Shown here: positions 1-7,700 of the stretch, piece after piece
Layout of the letters: every line of letters begins with the position of its first letter
Numbering within the stretch: position 1 is the stretch's first letter
NCBI GenBank assembly: GCA_031411295.1
Contig: JANOAV010000186.1
Span: 1-18,009, forward strand
Direction: 5' to 3'
DNA from: Verrucomicrobiales bacterium
GTDB taxonomy: Bacteria > Verrucomicrobiota > Verrucomicrobiia > Verrucomicrobiales > V1-33
Length of the DNA: 18,009 bases
Notes under the pieces: model-generated
What the model saw: the letters and a program-made list of their open reading frames with translations, nothing else
Told to the model about the DNA's origin: nothing
The model's database searches: none
Made by a program: the position numbers and the translations under genes

Positions 1-139
1 CCGCCCTGATCAAGGAACGCCCGCCGAGGAGCTGTCCCCGCACCCTGCGCCAACCCGTCAAAGCCTGGCCCAAAACCAAAATCCCCAGCTCCCAACCGCT
101 CGTCAAAACCATCACCATCACCAATCCTTAAAGGCATTG
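1..139 (+). mobile_element. Right end of an IS4-family insertion sequence (partial, runs off the window)
   Basis: A transposase-like C-terminus ends at TAA 129-131 inside CCTTAAAGGCATTG (126-139). Its reverse complement, CAATGCCTTTAAGG, resembles IS4-group ends (IS4: TAATGCC...TTAAG). It is followed by near-palindromic GGTTAAAACC (140-149), a likely target site. The exact end could shift by 1-2 bp. Confidence 0.75.
3..131 (+). CDS. IS4-family transposase, C-terminal 42 aa (5'-partial)
   Basis: Hand translation gives ALIKERPPRSCPRTLRQPVKAWPKTKIPSSQPLVKTITITNP*. The R-S-C-P-R-x-x-R-x-P-x-x-x-W-P pattern resembles the basic tail of IS4-group transposases. The stop codon lies inside the terminal repeat. 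Confidence 0.7.
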   Translation, partial: ALIKERPPRSCPRTLRQPVKAWPKTKIPSSQPLVKTITITNP

Positions 140-557
140 GGTTAAAACCCAATGTCCCGACGTGCTCTCGCTGGTCCTCACCACCTACGAAGAATTTAGC
201 CTGATCTTCGATGCCTTGAAGGCTGGAGCCTGCGGTTACCTCCTCAAACGCACCCCGCCCTCAGAACTCATCAGCGCCATCGTCCAAGCCACCGAAGGCG
301 GATCCCCCATGTCTCCACAGATCGCCCGCCAAGTGGTGAACTTCTTCCACAAAGCCCCCCGCAACGAAAAACTAGAATGCCTCACCGAGCGCGAACTCTC
401 CGTCCTCGACCACCTCGCCCAAGGCGCCATGTATAAGGAAATTGCCGACCGCCTGCAAATCAGCATCGACACCGTCCGCACCCACCTGCGCAAAATCTAC
501 GAGAAACTCCACGTCCACTCCCGCACCGAAGCCGTGCTGAAGTATTTGGGGCGGTAA
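140..557 (+). pseudogene. NarL/FixJ-family response regulator (partial REC + LuxR HTH), 5' part displaced by the IS insertion
   Basis: The frame reads VKTQCPDVLSLVLTTYEE...ALKAGACGYLLK (second half of REC) then LTERELSVL...YKEIADRLQISIDTVRTHLRKIYEKLHV (LuxR HTH). The acidic pocket and phosphoacceptor Asp are absent, and there is an in-frame TAA at 129-131 within the IS end. Confidence 0.85.
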
Positions 558-572
558 GCTGAGTTCGGGCAA

Positions 573-1493
573 CTAACGCTGGCCAATGAGCGAGAAAGAG
601 TGGGCGAGATTAAATTTACAGTCCTCATGGCCCTCGGTGAATCGCGCGCGTCTATTTCTGTAGAGCGATTCCCCGAGGAGGCTGACATCGGTGTCGGTTT
701 CCGCCATCGGATTGTCGTCTAGTCCTTGTTCGATGCGGACGCCACCATGATTGGTGAGGATGTAGCGAGCATGGAAATCCTGTCCGAAATGTTCCGTTGA
801 CCAAATGAAGAACTTCAACTCCAAGCCATTTGGAACCCTAGCTGGGAGTTTGAGTCGGCACTCCTTTTCAAATTCTACTGCACTCAAATCCTCACTTTTT
901 TTGACATGGTATTCGGTGATAGATAGGCGAGGGTTGTTGCTTTTTGCAGCTTGGCAAAGGACTTGGAGCGTTCGTTGGTAGCGTGGGGCACTGGGCTTAA
1001 AATGGGGGTCGACGAACATCAATTCGGAGCAGGCGGTCAGCAGTAACCCAATCGCTTCAATCCAGACGTCACTAGAACGGGCTAACGGATACTCGTGCTC
1101 TGCCTTCCACAGCGGATTGTCCTCGTCCAGACTATCAAGGTTGAGAAACGACTCACCATCCTCCGCACGAGAATTGGTTAGGATCGCGCGAAATGGTGCT
1201 TGTTTGTGCAAATCTAGAATCGAATCGATCCAAGTTTCCTTCTGTGATTTATTAGGTCGACCAGTCGGCAATACCGCCTTTTCAAGGCGCGCCAAAGAAA
1301 GTTGGAGTCGTTGAGATTCAGCAAATGATGTATCCAGCGCAGTTAGGCGGTCATAAATCTCTCGGAACCAGCGCTTGGGAAAACGAGCGATGATTCGCCC
1401 TTTTGGCACCCCAACCTTGTCAGCCAAATCGCGAACAGATTTCGCGTCACAGAGGATCTCAGGATCTGCGGCATATTCGTTCAGCAGTTTCAT
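573..1493 (-). CDS. Hypothetical protein with a C-terminal PLD-like (MITD1/MIT_C-type) domain; putative nuclease/effector
   Basis: 306 aa. Motifs FVDPHF, FHARYILTN (HxRxxxxN, nt 750-773) and GGVRIEQGLD parallel the MITD1-type DPY / HDR / GRGLD motifs. Its ATG overlaps the ATPase stop (ATGA 1490-1493). Confidence 0.7.
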   Translation of the reverse strand: MKLLNEYAADPEILCDAKSVRDLADKVGVPKGRIIARFPKRWFREIYDRLTALDTSFAESQRLQLSLARLEKAVLPTGRPNKSQKETWIDSILDLHKQAPFRAILTNSRAEDGESFLNLDSLDEDNPLWKAEHEYPLARSSDVWIEAIGLLLTACSELMFVDPHFKPSAPRYQRTLQVLCQAAKSNNPRLSITEYHVKKSEDLSAVEFEKECRLKLPARVPNGLELKFFIWSTEHFGQDFHARYILTNHGGVRIEQGLDDNPMAETDTDVSLLGESLYRNRRARFTEGHEDCKFNLAHSFSLIGQR

Positions 1494-3535
1494 GGAGTTG
1501 CCTTGATTGTGCTAGGGCCAAAAAGCTCCGTGGCTCTTTCAGCAAAGAAGCCGCCAGGCCATGGAACTCGGAAGTCCCCATCTGCCGTGACAGGTAGCTC
1601 CATTATTTTGGAACCATCCTTCCCGGGTTGCACATAGAGCACACAAATATCAGCGGGTGTCAGGCCTACTTTCCCTGGCTCCAGTTCACCATCCGTCGTC
1701 TCGCGAATCCGCCGCAGCAGTCGCAGGATCAAGTGCTCACTGTGGGTTTCAATCAGAAACGTGTTGCCTCGTTCCATGGCGCTTTCGATGAACAAGTCTC
1801 CCAGTTCAGCCTGCAGGGCGGGGTGGATGTGGAGTTCGGGTTGCTCGATGGCGATTAGTTTGCTTTTCTCAGCAAAGGAGTGAACCAGAATGGGAAGAAC
1901 TTGGCTGATGCCAATGCCCACATCTTTTAAGGAAACAGTATTCCCATTTGTTACATCGGTCAAAACCAACTCGTCAGAAGATGTTTGCTCTCTGGAGTTT
2001 AAGTCTTCCACAATGCTGTTGGCCCAATCCAGAGGATCAGCAAATCGATCAAGTGCGTTGGCAATTTCGAATGAGTGGAGAATATGGTGCCTAGTTATGG
2101 GCCATAAATATTTCTCGGGATTTGCTGAAATAGCCTGTTTTATTTGTTCGATGGAGCGGTTGTCACCCAAGGTCTTTTGCTCCCCCGCAACCGCTTCCAG
2201 CGAAACTGATTGTTCAGTGATCAGCTCACGAAGCGAAGTCTGTTGCGTAGCACTTAATTTAACATCATCCTGCCATTCGAGGTGACTATTATAGGGTTTT
2301 TCGTGACAAATATCACGGAGCCTGACTAGCTCTTGCAGAGCCTCGGGACTTTTGGAAACCAGTTGGGCCAGAAATAAGGGGATCTGAATCCTGATGTAAT
2401 CCTCCGCTGCCTCTTGAATTGTTGAAGTGGTATAACGCCTTGTCGTATTAAAACAATAATGCGTCTTTAGGAACTCAGCGCCTAGCCAACTGTTTACCCT
2501 ATGGCGGATGGAGGGCTCCGATTTGAGCTGACTCCAAGCGTTCCCCCCCAGGCTCGGATCAATTCCTTGCAGGATATCCCCGTAGCCTCGGGCTGGAATA
2601 GTCCTAAGAGGCCCAAGGTAGTTGATGCGTTCGATTTCGCTGGTGAATAGACTTCGAAAATCCTGTAGTAAATTCGAGATGTAGTGCTTAAAAGCCATCT
2701 CAACACTGGGCGTAATTCCAGTGGGTAGAGAGTCATCGCTTCTCCATTCGAAGTCATCATCCAGCCAAGTTCTTCGAATGCGCGTGTCGTTGAATTCTGT
2801 GGAGAATAACTCGGCTCCCGCCTTTAATTCAAGCATTTCTACCAATTGCTTGAGGTTTTCATATGTGATAAATTCCCTTTGGTTAGGTTCTGCAAAATCT
2901 CGACAATACTGAAGGACCTTAGCGGAAACTGCGTGAGCAGGGTTCCATAGCGTGACTCGTGCTGTGGTTCTTGGGATCGCATCCATCCAGAAACTAGGAG
3001 AGCCATCAATTGATGTTTCGTTGCGTAGTCGTGCACCGCTTTCAATTTGCATCAGAACCTCACCGTCCACTTTGATACACCAAGCCCCAATGTAGGGAGG
3101 TGGATTAAGGTCATTGCGGGTGCCTTGAGATGAGATAGTGAGTTCGAAACTTATTTCCATACCAGAATGAACCATGGGGCTGCGAAAGCCTTCCAGAGTT
3201 TGGATGGTGAAGGAGTAAGCCAAATGAACCTCCTCCGGTCCCTTGCCTTGTCCGTGTAAGTATTGCCAAAACCCTCCGAGGTCCATACTTTGCCCACCTA
3301 AGGTAGTGGTGCGTCCACTCAAGTCGGCCCCAATAGTATTGGTAGCATGATGCATCATCAGGAGGCTTTGGATGATGCTGGATTTTCCGCTGCTGTTGGG
3401 TCCAAAGACCAAGGTGATGGGCTTCAGGGGGATTTGCTGTTCGTTTGCCCCGAACGCTTTGAAGTTCGCCAGGCTGAAGGACTGGAGTGAGTTTCTGGGG
3501 TGCGGTTTGGCCGCGGTGTTAGGTTCGTTTGCCAT
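1490..3535 (-). CDS. ABC-type (AAA_15/AAA_21-like) ATPase with a C-terminal DUF3696-like domain
   Basis: SFSLANFKAF, Walker A GPNSSGKS (3380-3403), YLGPLR, signature DVGIGISQ, Walker B/D-loop IAIEQPELHIHP, H-loop IETHSEH, and tail DGDFRVPWPGGFF. The start is placed at ATG 3535 (MANEPN) because the longer start at 3619 runs through the operator and the LysR start. Confidence 0.9.
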   Translation of the reverse strand: MANEPNTAAKPHPRNSLQSFSLANFKAFGANEQQIPLKPITLVFGPNSSGKSSIIQSLLMMHHATNTIGADLSGRTTTLGGQSMDLGGFWQYLHGQGKGPEEVHLAYSFTIQTLEGFRSPMVHSGMEISFELTISSQGTRNDLNPPPYIGAWCIKVDGEVLMQIESGARLRNETSIDGSPSFWMDAIPRTTARVTLWNPAHAVSAKVLQYCRDFAEPNQREFITYENLKQLVEMLELKAGAELFSTEFNDTRIRRTWLDDDFEWRSDDSLPTGITPSVEMAFKHYISNLLQDFRSLFTSEIERINYLGPLRTIPARGYGDILQGIDPSLGGNAWSQLKSEPSIRHRVNSWLGAEFLKTHYCFNTTRRYTTSTIQEAAEDYIRIQIPLFLAQLVSKSPEALQELVRLRDICHEKPYNSHLEWQDDVKLSATQQTSLRELITEQSVSLEAVAGEQKTLGDNRSIEQIKQAISANPEKYLWPITRHHILHSFEIANALDRFADPLDWANSIVEDLNSREQTSSDELVLTDVTNGNTVSLKDVGIGISQVLPILVHSFAEKSKLIAIEQPELHIHPALQAELGDLFIESAMERGNTFLIETHSEHLILRLLRRIRETTDGELEPGKVGLTPADICVLYVQPGKDGSKIMELPVTADGDFRVPWPGGFFAERATELFGPSTIKATP

Positions 3536-3555
3536 AAGGGTTGCTAATGGAGACG

Positions 3556-3583
3556 ATACTAGCGGATCACGCTGCACTTGCAA
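3556..3583 (-). promoter_or_regulatory. Putative sigma70-type promoter of the ATPase-PLD operon
   Basis: On the minus strand: TTGCAA (3583-3578), 16-nt spacer, TAGTAT (3561-3556), 20 nt upstream of ATG 3535. Confidence 0.4.
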
Positions 3584-3621
3584 ATGTTTCGACAACATGT
3601 TACATGACTCAAGAGTCATGT
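3584..3621. promoter_or_regulatory. Tandem dyad operators, probable LysR binding sites
   Basis: ATGTT-TCGAC-AACAT (3584-3598, contains T-N11-A) and the inverted repeat ACATGACTC-AA-GAGTCATGT (3602-3621, perfect 9-bp arms), which overlaps the LysR ATG. Confidence 0.65.
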
Positions 3622-4520
3622 CATCATTTACCGAACAGAAGGGGTTGTCGTTGGACCGCTTGCAGACGTTGTGTCTGGTGGCGGAGAAAGGTGGTGTGAT
3701 GGCTGCGGCGGGCGGGAATCCGAACCGACAGAGCTTGTTCTCGCGACAATTGCGGGAGCTGGAGGCGTTCTTTGGCGCTCCCTTGATTGATCGTCGGCAA
3801 ACTCCGCATTCGTTGACGGAACTGGGGCGGAAGGTGGAGAAATCGGCCCGAGGATTTTTCTCGGACTTGGAAGGATTGGCGCAAATTGGTCCGGTCGGTC
3901 AGGTGGCAATGACGATAGGAGCAGGGGAGAGTGTGATTCAGTCGATTCTGATCCCATCGTTGGTTACCAAATCGCAGGTTGGTTTAAAGTTCGTCTTCCG
4001 TAATCTCCAGGGTTCCGCTATTCTGGCTGGGTTGCGGAATCGGCGGTTGGATTTGGGGATTGCGCATGATAGCGGGGGACACGCGGATTTGAAATCCAAG
4101 CGCCTGCTGCGGCATGGAGTGCGGCTCATCACGAGGGATGCCAAATTAGGAAAGCTTCCCAGCGTGAGTTGGGCTGAACTGGATCAAGTTTCGCTGGCAC
4201 TGCCGGAGGGAGATTCGGAGTTGCGTAAAACGGTGGACGCTGGTTTGGCTGCCCAACGCAACTCCCCGGTGGTGGCGCTGGAGTGCACCAGCCACGCGCA
4301 GATCCTGGAGGCGGTGGGTTGCTCGAAAATAGCTGGCGTGGTCCCTGATTTTGTGGCCCAGCGAGCGCAAGAGCGAGGACTGTATTCCCTGCCCATCAAG
4401 GAACTGGCGGGATACTCCCGGGAATTAAGAGTGCTCTGGCACCCGGCAGCGGTCGAAATGAAACCACAGATTCTTGAGTGTGTGAGGGACCTACTCGCTA
4501 GCGTGAGTAAATCATCCTGA
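3618..4520 (+). CDS. LysR-family transcriptional regulator (atypical HTH)
   Basis: From ATG 3618, 300 aa, a typical LTTR length. LDRLQTLCLVAEKGGVMAAA...SRQLRELEAFFGAPLIDR...LTELG is the HTH/linker and RNRRLDLGI marks the substrate-binding domain. The ORF-track start at 3372 overlaps the ATPase Walker A region and is rejected. Confidence 0.9.
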   Translation: MSSFTEQKGLSLDRLQTLCLVAEKGGVMAAAGGNPNRQSLFSRQLRELEAFFGAPLIDRRQTPHSLTELGRKVEKSARGFFSDLEGLAQIGPVGQVAMTIGAGESVIQSILIPSLVTKSQVGLKFVFRNLQGSAILAGLRNRRLDLGIAHDSGGHADLKSKRLLRHGVRLITRDAKLGKLPSVSWAELDQVSLALPEGDSELRKTVDAGLAAQRNSPVVALECTSHAQILEAVGCSKIAGVVPDFVAQRAQERGLYSLPIKELAGYSRELRVLWHPAAVEMKPQILECVRDLLASVSKSS

Positions 4521-4760
4521 AGTGAAGGAAGTGTGGGGTTTGTGCTGACACCTGGCCGCAGAAAGTCGGCCTCTAGGTCGATGGTGCTACTTTCCTTGCG
4601 GCCAAGGCGGAGCAGACGGTGTTCCGGAGGGCATGGGGCAAAAGCTTTGGCAGGCGATCCCCTGACCGTAAAGGCTGCGGGGGCTACGGGCTTTGTCATA
4701 AGAAAAGACGTGACCGCAACGGCACAGTTATGGTAAAAGCGTGCTCCTCCCTCCCCTGCC

Positions 4761-7700
4761 ATGAAAATTTGTTTACTGCTAGTTCCCGTCCTGTGTCTCT
4801 TCTCCTGCGTTGCCAAGGTGCGCGCGGCGGTTGTGATTAGTGAAATTCACTACCATCCGCTGGAGGAAGATGTGTTCAATCCAGATGGCACTCCGGCGTT
4901 GGATCTTACGGAGGACATCCATGAATTCATCGAACTCCAGAATACTGACGGCACGGCGGTGGATGTGAGTGGATGGAAATTTGTCAGCGGGGTGACTTTT
5001 ACGTTTCCTGCCGGCACCACCATTCCGGCTAATGGGTATCGGGTCATTGCGCGCAACCCTGCACGGATCGCCACGGTCTATGGGTTGAATGTGGCCACCA
5101 TTCTGGGGCCCTACACGGGAAAGCTCAGCAACTCTGATGCCACGTTGCAATTGGACAACGCCACCGGCACCACGATCGATGCCATTTCCTATCTGGCGAA
5201 TTTTCCCTGGCCGATTGGCGCGGATGCCTTGGGGGCCAATGATAATTTCACCGGCATCAACCCCCTGCCGTATAACTACAAAGGCCGTTCCTTGCAGCGC
5301 ATCAGCACCACGTGGAGTGGGAATGATCCTGCCAATTGGCTGGCCAGTGCGTTGGTAGCCGGCCCCACGCCGGGCGGCCCTCAGGCCGTGACCCGGGCGA
5401 TTCCCAAGCCCGTGGTGGATGATTTCAGTGTGACCCAACTTGCGGACGAAGCGACGTTGATCCGGCAGAATCAGCAGGTGAAAATTCAGTGCCGTTTCAC
5501 GAGTGGCTATCAACAGAGTCCCGTCACTGGTGTCAGCGTGGAGTATTTCCTGGATGACATCAATGTGGGGAACGAGCCACGGACCACGCTGGCCATGACC
5601 AGCATTGGCGGAGGCGAATTCACTGCCACCTTGCCCGGGCAGGTGAATCGCAGTGTGGTGCGGTTCCGGTTCCGGGGGAATCGTGGAGATGGCGATGAGG
5701 TCATTTCCCCGCGTCCAGAAAGTGATCCGCAGTTGGTGCCGAATGCCGCTGGGGGCAAGGAAGGCTGGCATGCGTATTTCGTGATGCCCGTGCGCAGCCT
5801 GACGATTAGCCCGGCTCCTTCCCAGGAAACGTATGATGTCTTCGTGGCCACGGCGGATATTGGCACGCCGGGGACACGGGACGATACCAAGACACTATCC
5901 AAAAACATCAACCAAAATCCGCGTCGCGTCGTGGCCGATGCGAGTGGCGGCTACCCTCGGGATGAAGTTTACGATTCGCTAATTTCTCCACAGGGTGCCT
6001 GGTGGAATGGGCATGTGCCTGCCATCTTTGTGGAGGGTGATGGGACGGTGCACGACGCTCGCATTCGCTATCACGGCAGTCGCTATCGACGGAGTGAAGG
6101 GCGGCAGTCGTATAAATTTTATTTCCCGCGATATCAACAACTCAAGGGCATGACCCAAGTCTTTGAAACTGACAAGGGTGCTCCGGGTAACCAAGGAGGC
6201 ACGCTGCCGGATTATCGTTATGAGGCGTTGGGAGAAATTTATCGAGCGGCTGGCATCCCTTGTTCCTACACACCGCGGGTGGATTTCTACATCAACAATA
6301 ATGCCGTGTTGCAACGCATGGAACAGACCGTGGTGGACGCGCGCTTCCTCGATAGTTACTACGCCAAGCGGGCGGCCTTGGTGCCCGGTTCCCGACCACT
6401 GGAGGCGGGCGATCCCTATAAATCCGCCGGCACCGAAGAAGGGCCGTATGGCAGCGGCAATGGAGGCCAACTTGCGAGCAAGACGATTGGCACCCCCGCG
6501 GTTACTTGGAACCCGCTGCAACGTTACTCCATCACTTATGCGTTAGAGGCGAACACTTGGAAAGGCTATGTTCCCTTCAAAACCGTGGTAGATGGCATGG
6601 CCACGGCCCGCGCCAGTCTGCCCAACACCGCCGCGTTGCGCGCCTGGGCGCTGGCAAACTGGGATGTGGATCGCACCCTGACCTACATTGCGATCAAGAA
6701 TTGGTCCTGCTGTTGGGATGATTCCATTCACAATTACTACATTTACCGCCAGTCCGATGGTAAATGGACCCTGATGCCATGGGACATGGATTTCGAACTC
6801 ACTTCGCGCGATCCAGTGGATGTCACCAACTATTCGATTTTCAAAAATAACAACACTTGGAAAGCCTCATTCATCACCGCGTTCGATGCCGAGTATCGCC
6901 AGAAGGTGTGGCTCCTGACCAACACCCTGCTGCGGGCGGACAAGCTCAGCGCCATGACCTATCAAGGCCAGAGCCTGACGAATCTCTGGGGAAATAATTG
7001 GTTAAGTTGGATTCAAAGCCGCAACACGGCGGTGCAGACGCAGATTGCCCAAGGCCCATGGTATCAACCCACCCAGCCGACCCATGTGGGCCCGGCCAAC
7101 GGCGTGAGCGCCCTGCCGCCCGGAGCGCTCACTGTGTCAGCCTACAGCCACACCAGTGGCAGCACGGCGGGAGTTAATGCCCACGCCAAGACCAAATGGG
7201 AACTGCGGGCCGCCACCAGCACCTGGGATCAACCGCTCTACGTCAACGAAAGCACCACCTACCTAACCAGTCTGCCGATCCCTTACGACCAGCTCCAGTG
7301 GGGAATCACTTACTACTGGCGGGCCACCTTCATGGACGCTCAGAGTCATCCAGGCGACACCTCGAGCGAGACTTCATTTACCTTCGGCTCCACCCCTATC
7401 ACCTCCACCGTGCTGGCGATGGATGATCTCACGCTCTGGAAATACGACAACGTAAGTCACCCTGTGAACAAAGCCTGGACGCAACCTAACTTCGACGATA
7501 GCACCTGGGCGGAGGGAGCCGCAGTGCTGGGCCACAGCAATACGCCCACGGCTCTGGCTAATCTCAATCCTTCCCAGGTTCTGCGCACGGATATTGCCCT
7601 GACGCAGCCACCGGAGAACACCACGGGACGCACCACCTTCTATTTCCGCCGCCGTTTTAACTTCCCCGGCAGCGTGATTGGAGCCGTGCTCAAATTGAGA

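Noticed and set aside
573..3535. Calling the pair PARIS, Septu, Gabija or Menshen
   Set aside because: The partner shows no TOPRIM, HNH or helicase motifs and there is no DUF262/ParB gene nearby. Only the ATPase class is shared.
3372..3619. ORF-track starts that create a long antisense overlap between the ATPase (to 3619) and LysR (from 3372)
   Set aside because: Family similarity begins only after 3535 (ATPase) and 3618 (LysR). The extra minus-strand ATG comes from the operator palindrome.
558..4760. att sites or direct repeats bounding the ATPase/LysR island
   Set aside because: No matching repeat was found by eye between 558-572 and 4521-4760, and there is no integrase or tRNA.
4521..4760. 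Possible ncRNA in the intergenic region before the CotH gene
   Set aside because: Only short, weak GC stems and no recognisable family motif.
4184..5771. Long antisense ORFs (4184-4816, 4779-5771) and similar shadows such as 10655-11131, 14845-15435 and 16125-16847
   Set aside because: They overlap well-supported genes, lack recognisable motifs, and are expected in GC-rich DNA.
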